Shown: one piece after another, positions 19,866 through 31,571 of the stretch | How the letters are laid out: every line of letters starts with the position of its first letter | How positions within the stretch are numbered: position 1 is the stretch's first letter | Assembly (NCBI GenBank): GCA_963804165.1 | Contig: CAWDPO010000015.1 | Location: forward strand, 128,001-192,000 | Direction: 5' to 3' | Length of the DNA: 64,000 bases | Source of the DNA: an uncultured delta proteobacterium | GTDB lineage: Bacteria; Desulfobacterota; Binatia; UBA9968 | The notes under the pieces: generated by a model | Databases searched by the model: none | Told to the model about the DNA's origin: nothing | What the model saw: only the letters and a program-made list of their open reading frames with translations | Translations under genes and position numbers: made by a program

Positions 19866-20816
19866 TTAGTAATTGGGCTTGTGCTCAAAATAATGGGTCG
19901 CATTGATAACGCGAATGGTTTTGGTCTTGGAGCGCATCACCACGGACTGAGTGGTCGCCCCGCCCGAGAAAAAGTGCACGCCGCGCAGGTAATCGCCATC
20001 CGTGACTCCCGTCGCCGCGAACATGACATCCCCGGCAGCCAGCTCCTCGATCTGGAATTTTTTCTTGATGTCCTTGACGCCCATCTTTTTGGCCCGCTCG
20101 ATCTCTTCATCGTTGCGCGGCGCCAAACGGCCCTGAAACGCGCCGCCGACGCAGCGCAGGGCGGCCGCGGCCAGCACGCCTTCCGGGGCGCCGCCAATCC
20201 CCATCAGCAGATCGATGCCGGTTTCCGGCTTCGTCGTCGCTATCGCAGCCGAAACGTCGCCGTCGCCGATCAAGCGAATGCGTGCGCCGGCTTTGCGCAC
20301 TTCCGCGATGAGCGCTTCGTGGCGCGGGCGCGATAAAATGATCACCGTTAAATCTTCGACCTTGCAACGCTTCGCTTCCGCCAGGGCGTGCAGGTTTTCC
20401 GTCGGTGATTTATCGAGGTCGATCACCCCGTTACCGACCGGACCGGCGGCGATCTTGGCCATGTACGTATCCGGGCAATGCAGCAAATTACCGCCGTCTG
20501 CCATGGCGATGACCGCGAGTGCATTCGGCGCTCCCGTCGCGCAAATCGTCGTGCCTTCAAGCGGATCGAGCGCGATATCGACCTTCGGACCACCGGAACC
20601 GACTTTCTCGCCGATGTAGAGCATCGGCGCTTCGTCGCGCTCGCCTTCGCCGATCACCACCGTGCCGTCGATCGACAGCGCATCGAACGCCTTACGCATG
20701 GCGTCGACGGCCGCCTGGTCCGCGGCTTTTTCGTTGCCGCGACCGGTCCAGTGTGCGCAGTTCAATGCCGCTGCTTCAGTTACTCGAATAGCCTCCAGAG
20801 CTAAATTTCGGTCCAT
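19866..20816 (-). CDS. glpX: Class II fructose-1,6-bisphosphatase
   Basis: VIGEGERDEAPML, DPLEGT, DGDV, GGAPEGV, ATGVT. Confidence 0.96.
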   Translation of the reverse strand: MDRNLALEAIRVTEAAALNCAHWTGRGNEKAADQAAVDAMRKAFDALSIDGTVVIGEGERDEAPMLYIGEKVGSGGPKVDIALDPLEGTTICATGAPNALAVIAMADGGNLLHCPDTYMAKIAAGPVGNGVIDLDKSPTENLHALAEAKRCKVEDLTVIILSRPRHEALIAEVRKAGARIRLIGDGDVSAAIATTKPETGIDLLMGIGGAPEGVLAAAALRCVGGAFQGRLAPRNDEEIERAKKMGVKDIKKKFQIEELAAGDVMFAATGVTDGDYLRGVHFFSGGATTQSVVMRSKTKTIRVINATHYFEHKPNY

Positions 20817-22021
20817 GTCGGCCTCCCTTCAATCAGCGCTTCCATTAATCGATAGGCTTTCCTGGCTACAATACCGGTTTTTAGCGCGTCAATCTCGTTG
20901 TAGCCGAGATTGCCATTTTCTTGCGGCGCGTCGGCGGAAAACAAAACAAACGGCACCGGATCGGCGACGTGGGTCTTGAGCGCGATGGCAGTCGGATGAT
21001 CCGGCATCAATAGAATTCGATAATCTTTGCGGTGCGCCATTCCCTTCAATACCGTGCCGACGACTTTTTCATCGAAATCTTCCAGCGCTTGAATCTTTTT
21101 TTCCACGTCACCCATGTGGCCGGCTTCGTCGGTGGCCTCGACGTGGATGAACACGAAGTCGTTTTTTTCGAGCGAGCGCACGCCGTATTCACCTTTGCCG
21201 ACGTAATTGGTGTCGAGAAAACCGGTAATGCCCGGCACATCGATTCGCTCCAGCCCGGCATAAACACCGAGCCCGTGGATAATATCGACGGCCGAGATGA
21301 CGCCGCCTTTGATGCCGAAGCGTTTGGTCAAGGGTGGTAGCTGCGGCGCTCTCCCCTGCCCCCAGAGCCAAATCGTCGTCGCCTGGCGCTGTCCGGCTGC
21401 TTGACGTTTTAGATTCACCGGATGATTTGCCACTACTGGCTGCGAAGCTCGCATGAGTTGCAGCAAGCGTTCCGCACCGTCGCCTTTCGGCATATACGAG
21501 GCAATTTTTTGCTCGGTGATGTCGTGCGGCGGTGTGGTGGTCATCTGCTCTTTGCCGTCACGCCAGACCATCAAGTGGCGGTAACTCACACCGGGGAAAA
21601 ATTCGATGCCGTCGCCGCCGAGCTCGCGTCCGAGGTCGCGGATGATCACAGCGGCTTCTTCGGTCGAAATATGGCCGGAGGTGAAATCCTCCATGAAAGT
21701 TTCATCGCCGTCGCCGCCCAGCGTCACGAGATTACAGCGAAATGCGATATCCTTCGGCCCCAAAGCCACCCCCATGCTTGCCGCTTCGAGTGGCGAGCGC
21801 CCGGTGTGATAAATCGCCGGGTCGTAACCCATGATGCTCATGTTACCGACGTCACTGCCCGGAGGAAAACCTTCTGGGATCACATGAGCAATGCCATATA
21901 CGCCGTGCCGCGCAAGCCAGTCCATGTTCGGCGTGCGCGCCGCTTGCAGCGGTGTTCGCCCGCCCAAAACCTCGAGCGGATAGTCGGCCATGCCGTCGCC
22001 TTGCAGAATAATGTACTTCAC
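20801..22021 (-). CDS. apgM: Cofactor-independent phosphoglycerate mutase, ApgM type (family also proposed as homoserine kinase)
   Basis: GDGMAD, PPGSDVGN, GRSPLEA, HVEATDEAGH, PDHPT; GTG start. Confidence 0.9.
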   Translation of the reverse strand: MKYIILQGDGMADYPLEVLGGRTPLQAARTPNMDWLARHGVYGIAHVIPEGFPPGSDVGNMSIMGYDPAIYHTGRSPLEAASMGVALGPKDIAFRCNLVTLGGDGDETFMEDFTSGHISTEEAAVIIRDLGRELGGDGIEFFPGVSYRHLMVWRDGKEQMTTTPPHDITEQKIASYMPKGDGAERLLQLMRASQPVVANHPVNLKRQAAGQRQATTIWLWGQGRAPQLPPLTKRFGIKGGVISAVDIIHGLGVYAGLERIDVPGITGFLDTNYVGKGEYGVRSLEKNDFVFIHVEATDEAGHMGDVEKKIQALEDFDEKVVGTVLKGMAHRKDYRILLMPDHPTAIALKTHVADPVPFVLFSADAPQENGNLGYNEIDALKTGIVARKAYRLMEALIEGRPTWTEI

Positions 22022-22041
22022 GCTTGCTCCCAATGCGAAAA

Positions 22042-22097
22042 GTTCCGGGTTTCAGGTTCAAAGTTCAACGTTGAACTCGGAACCTTGAACGTTGAAC
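22042..22097. repeat. Palindromic array of eight heptamers
   Basis: gttccgg gtttcag gttcaaa gttcaac | gttgaac tcggaac cttgaac gttgaac. Confidence 0.75.
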
Positions 22098-22117
22098 CGC
22101 GCGACAGCGCCGCCGCG

Positions 22118-23512
22118 CTATTTCCCGCCCCAAATCGGAAACCAAACCGGATCAATTACGATATAATCTCGATTTCGGATGGAATCCAGAGCCCTGCGCA
22201 TTTGCCGCAAAGTGGTGCGCTCCAAGGTCATAACGAAGGGTAGCATGCCCTGATATTTTTGCTTGAGCTTAGCGCTCTGCTTCAAGCTCTGTATCTCTTC
22301 CTCGACGTGCCGAAGCTGCCAAATTTCTGAAATGTTCACACCGATACGGCCGAAAGTCCGGCCGATATCGCCGACTATCCCGGCACGATCTTTGACCACG
22401 AAGCGCACGTAAAACGGCACGTCGATGTCGTTTTCGGCTTGAAGCTTGAGCATCCGCGGTGGAATGAGGCTAGGCACACCGCTAAATTTGCGTTCGCTGC
22501 GCGCCAGCTCGCACACATCGCCGAGCACCGCCACGGCCGTCGGACCACCGCCCGCGCCCGGCCCGACGAGAACATAATCGCAGTCGCGCTCGCCGCGCCC
22601 GCCGCTGCTGCTCTTCCCCGCGAAACAGATCGCGTTGGTCGCACCGTCGACGCTCGCCAGAAAATTTTCTCTTGCCACCAACGCCGGCGAGACAAAAACT
22701 TGCACCACTTGGCCTTTGCGCCGAGCCACCGCGAGCTGCTTAATTGTGCTGCCACCGATGCGTGCGGCATAGCGAAAATCCACAGCTTGAATACCTTCTA
22801 TGCCCTTGCGCCAGATCCTGCCGGGTTGGATCTGCAGACCAAAGGCAACCAAACTCAAGAGCAGCAGTTTGGCCTCGGCATCGCTGCCGTTCACATCCGA
22901 CGCCGGATTCGTTTCCGCGTAGCCCTTTTCCTGGGCTTCTTTTAGCGCCTCGGCGTACGGTTTGCCGCTCTTTTCCATCTGCGAAAGGATGTAGTTACAG
23001 GTGCCGTTGACGATGCCGAAGATCGATTCCGGTTCTTCGATCGCGAAGCTCTCGCTGAGCGAGCGAATCACCGGGATGCCGCCGCCGACGCAGGCTTCGA
23101 AGCGCAGCTGCTGTCCGGACTTTTTCGCCGCCGACCAAATTTCCTTGCCGTAGCGCGCCAGAACCGCTTTGTCGGAAGTGACGACGGATTTTCCGTTGCG
23201 AAAAGCGCGCAGGATATAGTCGCGAAACTGCGGCAGCTGCCGAGCGGACTGAAAGCCCAAGGCCTCGATCACGATATCCACGCCGGGATGATCGAGCACT
23301 TCTTCGGGGCGGCTTGTGAACAGCGGCCGGCGCTTGCTGTACCATTTTTTCCCCTTGGGATTGCGTGTGTAGATCTTGCGGAGCTCAAGGCCGATTTCTT
23401 TGCCTAGCGCACCGCTGAGGTCGCGAAAAAGAATATCCTGGATCGCTTCGCCGACCACGCCCGAACCGAGCAGGCCGACGCCGACTTTTCGTCGTGTGTT
23501 CACTGATGCCAT
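22118..23512 (-). CDS. hom: Homoserine dehydrogenase with C-terminal ACT domain
   Basis: GLLGSGVVG, FEACVGGGIP, GIVNGTCNYIL, GPGAGGGPTA, ACT-like VKDRAGIVG. Confidence 0.93.
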   Translation of the reverse strand: MASVNTRRKVGVGLLGSGVVGEAIQDILFRDLSGALGKEIGLELRKIYTRNPKGKKWYSKRRPLFTSRPEEVLDHPGVDIVIEALGFQSARQLPQFRDYILRAFRNGKSVVTSDKAVLARYGKEIWSAAKKSGQQLRFEACVGGGIPVIRSLSESFAIEEPESIFGIVNGTCNYILSQMEKSGKPYAEALKEAQEKGYAETNPASDVNGSDAEAKLLLLSLVAFGLQIQPGRIWRKGIEGIQAVDFRYAARIGGSTIKQLAVARRKGQVVQVFVSPALVARENFLASVDGATNAICFAGKSSSGGRGERDCDYVLVGPGAGGGPTAVAVLGDVCELARSERKFSGVPSLIPPRMLKLQAENDIDVPFYVRFVVKDRAGIVGDIGRTFGRIGVNISEIWQLRHVEEEIQSLKQSAKLKQKYQGMLPFVMTLERTTLRQMRRALDSIRNRDYIVIDPVWFPIWGGK

Positions 23513-23554
23513 TGTAAGTCTTCTGAAGTATTCGAGAGCTTATTGAAACGCCGG

Positions 23555-24733
23555 CTAGTCGAGAAGTTCGCCGAGCGCGCGCTTGATCTTTCGAACGGCT
23601 TGTTTCGTCCGATGCTCATTTTCGATCAGCGCGAAGCGCACATGCTCGTCGCCGTATTGGCCGAAGCCGATGCCCGGCGACACCGCCACCTGGGCTTCCT
23701 GGAGCAAATATTTGGAAAACTCCACCGAACCCATTTTTCGCGCCGGCTCGGGGATCTTCGCCCACACGAACATGGTTCCCTTGGGTTTGGGAATGTACCA
23801 GCCGGCGCGCTCGAGACCATCGATCAAGGAGTCGCGGCGTTTCTGATACATCAAGCGAATGTCTTCGACGCAATCCTGTGATCCGTTCAAGGCTTGAATC
23901 GCAGCGATTTGAATCGGCTGGAAGATCCCGTAGTCAAGATAGCTCTTGATCCGCGCCAGCGCATGGACGACGTCTTTGTTGCCGACGCAAAAGCCGACGC
24001 GCCAGCCCGGCATGTTGTAGCTTTTCGATAGCGAAAAGAATTCTACGCCGACCTCTTTGGCCCCCGGCACCTGAAGAAAGCTCGGCGCTTCATAACCGTC
24101 AAAGGTGATATCCGCGTAAGCGAGATCGTGAACCACGATGAAGCCATGCTCCTGGGCGGCCTTCACGACGCGCTCGAAAAAATCGAGTTCGACGACTTCC
24201 GTGGTCGGATTATGCGGAAAACTGATGATCAGCATTTTTGGCTTGGGCCAGGTCTGGCGAATCGCCTCTTCCAGGTGGGCGAAGAACGTTTCACTCGTCG
24301 TCAACGGAATGCAGCGCAGATCGCCGCCGGCTAAAACCACGGCGTACTGATGAATCGGGTAAGTCGGGCTCGGGCAAAGTACCACGTCGCCAGGGTCGAT
24401 GGTCGCCCACGCAAGATGGGAGATGCCCTCTTTAGCGCCGATGGTGACGATCGCTTCGGCGTCCGGATCGAGGCTCACTTGGTAGCGTCGCTGATACCAG
24501 TCGCATATCGCCACCCGCAGTTTGTAGATGCCGCGTGACACCGAATAGCGGTGATTCTGCGGCTTGCTCGCGGCTTCGACGAGCTTAGCGACGACGTGCG
24601 GCGGGGTTGGCAAATCAGGGTTGCCCATGCCGAAGTCGACAATATCTTCACCACGATGACGCGCCGCCATTTTCATGCCATCGATGATGCTAAAAACGTA
24701 GGGCGGCAGCCGCTTAATCCGTTGAAATTCCAC
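23555..24733 (-). CDS. alaC: PLP-dependent class I/II aminotransferase (AlaC-like)
   Basis: [42 protein letters not shown]. Confidence 0.88.
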   Translation of the reverse strand: MEFQRIKRLPPYVFSIIDGMKMAARHRGEDIVDFGMGNPDLPTPPHVVAKLVEAASKPQNHRYSVSRGIYKLRVAICDWYQRRYQVSLDPDAEAIVTIGAKEGISHLAWATIDPGDVVLCPSPTYPIHQYAVVLAGGDLRCIPLTTSETFFAHLEEAIRQTWPKPKMLIISFPHNPTTEVVELDFFERVVKAAQEHGFIVVHDLAYADITFDGYEAPSFLQVPGAKEVGVEFFSLSKSYNMPGWRVGFCVGNKDVVHALARIKSYLDYGIFQPIQIAAIQALNGSQDCVEDIRLMYQKRRDSLIDGLERAGWYIPKPKGTMFVWAKIPEPARKMGSVEFSKYLLQEAQVAVSPGIGFGQYGDEHVRFALIENEHRTKQAVRKIKRALGELLD

Positions 24734-24850
24734 GCGTGGTTACCTGATCCCTTCTAAGCAAATAATTCTTTCATTTTATAAAGCATCGTCGTAGCCGGCG
24801 CAACTAAAACGTTTCTCGCGTGATGGTTCCACTTACCTACACCGACGCGG

Positions 24851-24920
24851 CGTTGTAGGGGCCGACCTGCGTGTTGGCGCTATCGGTCAGGCAACGGAAT
24901 CGGGTCGCTCCTACGCAACG
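24851..24920. repeat. GTAG-type REP doublet (degenerate)
   Basis: GTAGGGGCCGACCTGCGTGTTGGC ... GGGTCGCTCCTAC, inverted GTAG/CTAC ends, intergenic. Confidence 0.65.
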
Positions 24921-24954
24921 ACCGGCGTTGATGACGCCGAAAATTGCGCTGTGT

Positions 24955-27147
24955 TCATCCGACCAAGCCCAACTGCAATGTCATTCCCCAGCGGTGCCGA
25001 AGGATTTGCTTCATGCCTGCCGAAGCTTTGCTTTTCAGCTCTGGGTCCTTGTCCAGCCAGGCAAGAGCCTCCTTGCGCGCCTCGGCGAGCAAGCGCGTAT
25101 CGCGCGCCAAATTGGCGAAGCGAAAGTCAACGAGCCCGGATTGCCGCGCGCCAAGCATTTCCCCAGGACCGCGCAGGCGCAGATCGGCTTCAGCGATCTT
25201 AAAGCCGTCGCGCTCATTTTCCATTACGCGAAGACGTTCGGCAGCCAGGGCGCTGCCTGTGCCGCGATTGACCAATAGGCAGTGACCCGACGCGGAACCC
25301 CGTCCGACGCGGCCGCGCAGCTGGTGCAATTGCGCCAGTCCGAAGCGCTCGGCGTGCTCGACCACCATGACCGTGGCGTTGGGAATATCGATGCCGACTT
25401 CGATCACGGTCGTCGCGACCAGAAGTCCGAGCTTGCCGTCGCGAAACGAGCGCATGATTTGCTCGCGCTCTTCGGTCTTTAAGCGGCCGTGGACCAGGCC
25501 GATGCCGTAGTCTTTGAACAGCGTCTGGCGCATTTTCTCCGCCATCTGAGTGGCGTCGCGCACTTGTTGAAGCTGTTCCGAGGCCTCTACCAGAGGCAAT
25601 ACGACAAATGCCTGATGGCCGCGTTTTAATTCGTCAAGCACGGTGGCGTAGACTTGCCGGCGCTCGCGCTCGGTGAAAACTTTGGTTTGCACCGGCGTTC
25701 GTCCCGGCGGCATTTCGTCGACGAACGAAACTTCCATATCGCCGTAAAGCACCATCGCCAAGCTGCGCGGGATCGGCGTCGCGCTCATCATCAGCATATG
25801 CGGTTGACGGCTCGACGGCGACGCGGTTTCCGAGCCGTCGATCAGGCGCTGGAGCGAGAGGCGCTGCATGACGCCGAAGCGATGTTGTTCGTCGATCACA
25901 CCCAAGCCCATGCGCGGCGCGCGCACTTCTTCTTGGATCAAGGCGTGGGTGCCGACAACGAAAGAAATCTCGCCGCGCGAGATCCGTCCAAGCAGCAATC
26001 GTTTCTCTTTTACCGGCGTCGCCGCGGTCAGCAGCGCTGCCGAGACGCCCAGAGTATCGGCAAACTTTTTCAAGTTGCGGAAATGCTGCTCGGCCAAGAT
26101 TTCCGTGGGCGCCATCCAGAGCGCTTGATAGCCGTTGTCGATCGCCTGCAGTGACGCCAACCAAGCGACCATGGTTTTTCCCGAACCCACGTCGCCTTGG
26201 ACGAGGCGCTGCATCGGTTGATCGCCGCTCATGTCTTCGCTTATTTCCTTTAGAACGCGTTGCTGTGCGGCGGTGAGTTTGAACGGCAAGCGCTCGCGCA
26301 TGCGAGCGCCGAGCGGCGCGCTTGGAGCCATAAAGCGAATCCCCGCGCTCTTGGCGCGGGATCGCTTACGCAGACCCAGTCCGAGTTGAAGATAGAATAG
26401 CTCGTCAAAGATGACCGTTCGGTGTGCCGGTGAAGCAAATTCGTTGAACGCGCGGATATCGATTTCAAGCGGCGTCTCGTGCAATTGCGCGAGCGCATCA
26501 GCGACCGTCATCAAACGGTGACGTTGAACGATTTCCTCGGGCAGACGGTATGAAAAATAGCGGCCGTATTCGCACAACGCCTGGGCCATCCACCGACGCA
26601 TCAGAGACAACGGCAGGCCCGTTGGTCGAACGTACATCGGCAGGATGCGTTGCAGCTGTTGCTCTTCTATTGTTTCGATGACTTCGAAATCCGGATGAAC
26701 AATGCGCAGCCGCCCCGGCATTCCTGGTTCGACTTTGCCGTGGACTAAAAGCGTCTGGCCGTTGGTGAGGCCATTGGCCAGGTATCCCGGCGCGCGATAC
26801 CAGATCAAATCGACGCTGCCGGTGTCATCCTGCAGCGCCCCGAGAAGCAGTTGACTACGGCGGCGCGGGTTATATTTCTTTTGCAAAGCGAGCAAACGGC
26901 CGACAAAGCTCGACTCCTCGCCCGGCGTCGCGCTGGCGATTTTCCTAATCTGGCGCCGATCTTCATAGCGAAACGGCAAGTGATAGAGCAGATCTTCGAT
27001 GGTCGTCAGTCCGAAGGATTCGAGCTGGCTCGCGCGCTTCGGACCGACGCCTTTGAGACTTTGAATCGGCGTGCCGAAGGCGCGCAGGCAAGCTCGAACG
27101 CCAATGGGCGACGGATGAGTGGCGGAATCTGCGCCGGACGGCTTCAT
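24955..27147 (-). CDS. recG: ATP-dependent DNA helicase RecG
   Basis: LKGVGPK, PFRYED, QGDVGSGKT, DEQHRFG, SATPIPR, QLRGRVGR; start placed at MKPSG to avoid carB overlap. Confidence 0.96.
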   Translation of the reverse strand: MKPSGADSATHPSPIGVRACLRAFGTPIQSLKGVGPKRASQLESFGLTTIEDLLYHLPFRYEDRRQIRKIASATPGEESSFVGRLLALQKKYNPRRRSQLLLGALQDDTGSVDLIWYRAPGYLANGLTNGQTLLVHGKVEPGMPGRLRIVHPDFEVIETIEEQQLQRILPMYVRPTGLPLSLMRRWMAQALCEYGRYFSYRLPEEIVQRHRLMTVADALAQLHETPLEIDIRAFNEFASPAHRTVIFDELFYLQLGLGLRKRSRAKSAGIRFMAPSAPLGARMRERLPFKLTAAQQRVLKEISEDMSGDQPMQRLVQGDVGSGKTMVAWLASLQAIDNGYQALWMAPTEILAEQHFRNLKKFADTLGVSAALLTAATPVKEKRLLLGRISRGEISFVVGTHALIQEEVRAPRMGLGVIDEQHRFGVMQRLSLQRLIDGSETASPSSRQPHMLMMSATPIPRSLAMVLYGDMEVSFVDEMPPGRTPVQTKVFTERERRQVYATVLDELKRGHQAFVVLPLVEASEQLQQVRDATQMAEKMRQTLFKDYGIGLVHGRLKTEEREQIMRSFRDGKLGLLVATTVIEVGIDIPNATVMVVEHAERFGLAQLHQLRGRVGRGSASGHCLLVNRGTGSALAAERLRVMENERDGFKIAEADLRLRGPGEMLGARQSGLVDFRFANLARDTRLLAEARKEALAWLDKDPELKSKASAGMKQILRHRWGMTLQLGLVG

Positions 27148-27155
27148 GACGCCCG

Positions 27156-30100
27156 CTACGGCAAGACCGGCGCCTCGTAGTCTTGTAAGGCTTTGACTTC
27201 GAAGTCGCACTGCAACAAGAATTCGATTCCATCGGCGGCGGCATCGGCTCCCGCCATCGTCGTAAAGTACGGCACCTGGTAATCTAAAGCGCAGCGCCGG
27301 ATCGCGTAGGAATCCGCCTGGGAGCGGCTATCCTCGGGAGTGTTGATCACTATTGCGATCTCGCCGCTTTTGATCTGGTCGCCGATATGCGGGCTGCCGT
27401 CCTGTATCTTGTTGACGACCTCAGTGGGAATTTGCCGCTCTTCGAAACAGAGCGCCGTGCCACGTGTTGCAACGATTTGAAAACCGATGCGGTACAGTTT
27501 CCGCGCGACAAAAGTCGCCATCACCTTGTCGTCGTCGCGTACGCTGATAAACACTTTCCCGCTCCGCGGCAAGCGCATGCCGCTGCCGAGTTGCGCTTTG
27601 GCGAATGCGATGCCGAAATAATCGTCGATCCCCATGACCTCGCCGGTGGATTTCATTTCCGGACCCAGCAGTGTATCGACGCCGGGGAATTTATTGAAAG
27701 GAAACACCGCCTCTTTGACAGACACATGCTTCGGCACAATCTCTTTGGTTAAACCCAGATCCTTAAGTTTCTTTCCGACCATGATGCGCGCGGCGATTTT
27801 CGCGAGAGGTACCCCGATGGCTTTGCTGACGAACGGCACCGTGCGCGACGCCCGCGGATTCACTTCCAGCACGAAAACATTATCTCCCTGGACCGCAAAC
27901 TGAGCGTTCATCAAACCCCGAACATTGAGCGCGATGGCGATCGCGACAGTGTGCCGGCGAATTTCATCTTGAATATCCGGGTGGATCGACTTCGGCGGCA
28001 GACTGCAGGCGCTATCTCCCGAGTGAACCCCAGCCCGCTCGATATGTTCCATGATCCCGCCGATGATCACCTGCTCGCCGTCGCCCAGCGCGTCGACATC
28101 GACTTCGATCGCGTCGTCGAGGAATTTGTCGATCAGCACCGGGTGCTCCGGCGACGCTGACACGGCGCGCGTCATATATTCTCTTAGCGCGTCGCCGTCG
28201 TAGACGATTTGCATCGCACGCCCGCCGAGCACGTAGGAGGGCCGCACTAAAACCGGGTAACCCAACCCCTCGGCGATCTTGAACGCTTCGGCGTAGGAAC
28301 GCGCGATACCGTTTTCTGGCTGTTTGATATCCAGTTTTTTAATTAATTGGGAAAAACGCTCACGGTCCTCCGCAAGATCGATACTGTCCGGCGACGTGCC
28401 GATGATCGGCACGCCGGCGCGTTCCAAGGGCAGCGCCAGCTTGAGCGGGGTCTGGCCGCCGAATTGGACGATGACTCCGTCCGGCTTTTCGCGGTCGACG
28501 ATATTCATCACCTCTTCCATGGTCAGGGGCTCAAAATAGAGTTTATCCGAGGTATCGTAATCGGTGCTCACGGTTTCAGGATTACAATTCACCATGATGG
28601 TCTCGTAACCCTCTTCCCTGAGCGCAAAGGCGGCATGCACGCAGCAGTAGTCGAATTCGATGCCTTGGCCGATGCGATTCGGGCCGCCGCCCAAGATCAT
28701 GATCTTCTTGCGTGACGTCGGGTTCGATTCATCCTCGCCTTCATAGGTTGAATAGAGATAGGGAGTAAAAGCCTGAAATTCCGCGCCGCAGGTATCGACG
28801 GAATTGAACACCGCCTCAACGCCCTTGGCTTTCCTGGTGTTTCGAACTTCAGCTTCGCTCGCACCGATGAGAGTGGCGATACGCGCGTCGGCAAATCCCC
28901 ATTGCTTCCACTGCCGCAATAATCTCGCATCTAATTGAGTCAGCGACCCTGTGGCGCGAGCGATGTCATTTTCGGTCGCGATGATCTCGCAAATCTTTTC
29001 GAGAAACCAGGGATCGATGGCGGAGAGCTGAAAAATCTCGTCCGTGGTCATACCGACCCGGTAAGCGTCACCCAAGTACCAAAGACGCTGCGCGTTGGGC
29101 TGCTTTAGTTTTTCACGCACGATCGCGAGCGACTCCGATCGGGCCGCTTCGGCCAAGTCGACTTTTGGTTCGAAGCCAAAGGAGCCGGTTTCCAACGAGC
29201 GCATCGCCTTTTGCAGCGATTCTTTGAACGTTCGTCCGATGGCCATCGCTTCGCCCACGGACTTCATTTGCGGCGTCAACAGGTCTCTGGCTTGAGGAAA
29301 TTTCTCGAAGGTAAAGCGCGGAACCTTGACGACGACGTAATCGATGGTCGGCTCGAAACAAGCGGGTGTTTCGCGCGTAATGTCGTTGCGAATCTCGTCG
29401 AGGGTGTAACCGACCGCGAGCTTCGCCGCGATCTTGGCGATGGGAAAGCCCGTCGCTTTGCTCGCCAGCGCGGAGCTGCGCGAGACACGCGGATTCATTT
29501 CGATGACCACCATGCGACCGTTTTCGGGGTTCACGGCAAATTGAATGTTCGAACCGCCGGTGTCGACGCCGATCTCACGAATCACCCTTAGCGCGGCGTC
29601 GCGCATGATTTGATACTCTTTATCGGTCAGGGTTTGCGCCGGCGCGACGGTGATCGAGTCGCCGGTATGGATGCCCATGGGATCGAAGTTTTCGATCGAG
29701 CAGATGATCACCACGTTGTCTTTATGGTCGCGCATCACTTCGAGCTCGAACTCTTTCCAGCCGAGCACCGACTCTTCGATCAACACTTCGTGCACCGGCG
29801 AAATACTTAAACCCGCCTGAACGACTTCTTTAAAATCGTCTGCTCCATAGGCAAAGTTCCCACCGCTGCCGCCGAGCGTGCGCGACGCGCGGATGATTAC
29901 CGGAAAGTTCAAGCGCTTTTGAATGCGCATGGCGTCGCGCATGCTGCGCGCGTAGCCGCTGCGCGGCAGATCGAGGCCGATGCGTCGCATGGCTTCTTTG
30001 AACAGATCGCGGTCTTCGGCTTTTTTGATCGAATCGATCTTGGCGCCGATCATCTCGACGCCGTAGCGCTCGAGAATTCCTTTCTCGGCGAGATCGATGG

Positions 30101-30395
30101 CGAGATTGAGCGCCGTTTGACCGCCCAGGGTCGGGAGAATCGCGTCGGGCTTTTCCTTGGCGATGATCTTTTCGACGATGTCGGTTGTAATTGGCTCGAT
30201 GTACGTGCGCGCGGCAAATCCAGGATCGGTCATGATTGTCGCTGGATTAGAGTTGACGAGAATGACCCTGTAGCCTTCTTCTTTGAGAGCTTTCAAGGCT
30301 TGCGTGCCGGAATAGTCGAACTCGCAGGCTTGGCCGATAATGATCGGTCCAGCACCGATCAGCAGAATCGATTCGATATCCGTTCGTTTCGGCAT
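27156..30395 (-). CDS. carB: Carbamoyl-phosphate synthase large subunit
   Basis: [17 protein letters not shown], two ATP-grasp halves, MGS-like C-terminus. Confidence 0.98.
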   Translation of the reverse strand: MPKRTDIESILLIGAGPIIIGQACEFDYSGTQALKALKEEGYRVILVNSNPATIMTDPGFAARTYIEPITTDIVEKIIAKEKPDAILPTLGGQTALNLAIDLAEKGILERYGVEMIGAKIDSIKKAEDRDLFKEAMRRIGLDLPRSGYARSMRDAMRIQKRLNFPVIIRASRTLGGSGGNFAYGADDFKEVVQAGLSISPVHEVLIEESVLGWKEFELEVMRDHKDNVVIICSIENFDPMGIHTGDSITVAPAQTLTDKEYQIMRDAALRVIREIGVDTGGSNIQFAVNPENGRMVVIEMNPRVSRSSALASKATGFPIAKIAAKLAVGYTLDEIRNDITRETPACFEPTIDYVVVKVPRFTFEKFPQARDLLTPQMKSVGEAMAIGRTFKESLQKAMRSLETGSFGFEPKVDLAEAARSESLAIVREKLKQPNAQRLWYLGDAYRVGMTTDEIFQLSAIDPWFLEKICEIIATENDIARATGSLTQLDARLLRQWKQWGFADARIATLIGASEAEVRNTRKAKGVEAVFNSVDTCGAEFQAFTPYLYSTYEGEDESNPTSRKKIMILGGGPNRIGQGIEFDYCCVHAAFALREEGYETIMVNCNPETVSTDYDTSDKLYFEPLTMEEVMNIVDREKPDGVIVQFGGQTPLKLALPLERAGVPIIGTSPDSIDLAEDRERFSQLIKKLDIKQPENGIARSYAEAFKIAEGLGYPVLVRPSYVLGGRAMQIVYDGDALREYMTRAVSASPEHPVLIDKFLDDAIEVDVDALGDGEQVIIGGIMEHIERAGVHSGDSACSLPPKSIHPDIQDEIRRHTVAIAIALNVRGLMNAQFAVQGDNVFVLEVNPRASRTVPFVSKAIGVPLAKIAARIMVGKKLKDLGLTKEIVPKHVSVKEAVFPFNKFPGVDTLLGPEMKSTGEVMGIDDYFGIAFAKAQLGSGMRLPRSGKVFISVRDDDKVMATFVARKLYRIGFQIVATRGTALCFEERQIPTEVVNKIQDGSPHIGDQIKSGEIAIVINTPEDSRSQADSYAIRRCALDYQVPYFTTMAGADAAADGIEFLLQCDFEVKALQDYEAPVLP

Positions 30396-30400
30396 GGGTG

Positions 30401-31567
30401 TTACTTGCCTCGATGCTTTGCCATCATGTCGGTAAATCGCTTGAACAAATAATTAGCGTCATGCGGCCCAGGCGAAGACTCGGGATGATATTGCACGGAA
30501 AAGATCGGCAACTCGCGATGCACCAGGCCTTCGACGGTGTTGTCGTTCAAGTTCAGGTGCGTTACCTCCGCCGCCCCTTTGAGTGAATCCGCGTCGACGG
30601 CAAAACCGTGGTTTTGCGCAGTGATCTCGACTTTGCGCGTGGTCAGATCCATCACCGGCTGGTTGCCGCCGTGATGCCCGAACTTGAGCTTGTAAGTTGT
30701 GCCGCCGAGGGCGAGTCCCATGATCTGATGGCCGAGGCAAATGCCGAATACCGGCTTCTTGCCGATCAACTTCTGCACGTTTTCCTTGGCATAAGGCACG
30801 GCGTCGGGATCACCCGGGCCATTGGAAAGAAAAATGCCGTCCGGATTCAGCGCCAACACATCTTCAGCCGGAGCCGCCGCAGGCACGACTCTGACCCGAC
30901 AGCCGGCCTCGGTGAGATTGCGCAGAATGTTGTATTTGATGCCGTAGTCGTAGGCGACTACGAAATACGCCGGCGAGTCAAACGTTCCTTTCCGTCTGCG
31001 CGTCGAAGCAGTACTCGAAACGTCGCGCTGCTTATAGCCATCGTCAAGTCGCCACATCCCCTGATCCCAGTCATACGCTTCGTCGCAGGTCACCTCGCGG
31101 ACAAGATCGACGCCGACCAAACCCGGCGCAGCTTTGGCTTTTGCGGCGAGGTCATCGGCGTTGCCGGTCAATGTCGAAATAATACCTTCTTGGGAACCAT
31201 GATCGCGCAGGTGGCGCACCAGCGAGCGGGTGTCGATGCCGTGGATGCCGACGATACCATGCGCTTTCATGTACTCATGCAGCGGCTGGGCCGCGCGCCA
31301 ATTACTCGGCTGCGGCGTATAATCTTTGACGATAAAACCGTTCATAAAAGGGCGGCGCGACTCGACATCCTCGGAATTGACCCCGACGTTGCCGATCTCC
31401 GGGTAGGTCATGGCGACAAGTTGACCTTGGTAGGAGGGGTCGGTGAGGATTTCCTGATAGCCGGTCATGCTGGTGTTAAAAACCACTTCGCCGGACGCCT
31501 CGCCTTCGGCGCCAAATGCAACCCCTTCGAAGAATCGTCCATCCGCCAGAGCTAAAAACGCCTTCAT
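30401..31567 (-). CDS. carA: Carbamoyl-phosphate synthase small subunit
   Basis: [34 protein letters not shown]. Confidence 0.98.
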   Translation of the reverse strand: MKAFLALADGRFFEGVAFGAEGEASGEVVFNTSMTGYQEILTDPSYQGQLVAMTYPEIGNVGVNSEDVESRRPFMNGFIVKDYTPQPSNWRAAQPLHEYMKAHGIVGIHGIDTRSLVRHLRDHGSQEGIISTLTGNADDLAAKAKAAPGLVGVDLVREVTCDEAYDWDQGMWRLDDGYKQRDVSSTASTRRRKGTFDSPAYFVVAYDYGIKYNILRNLTEAGCRVRVVPAAAPAEDVLALNPDGIFLSNGPGDPDAVPYAKENVQKLIGKKPVFGICLGHQIMGLALGGTTYKLKFGHHGGNQPVMDLTTRKVEITAQNHGFAVDADSLKGAAEVTHLNLNDNTVEGLVHRELPIFSVQYHPESSPGPHDANYLFKRFTDMMAKHRGK

Positions 31568-31571
31568 AAAA

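Noticed and set aside
18861-20336. 491-aa plus-strand ORF
   Set aside because: Antisense shadow of dus, the small membrane gene and glpX; no motifs; expected in GC-rich DNA
22042-22097. Short repeats as a possible CRISPR array
   Set aside because: No spacers, units only 7 nt, no cas genes
30608-31555. 315-aa plus-strand ORF
   Set aside because: Antisense to carA
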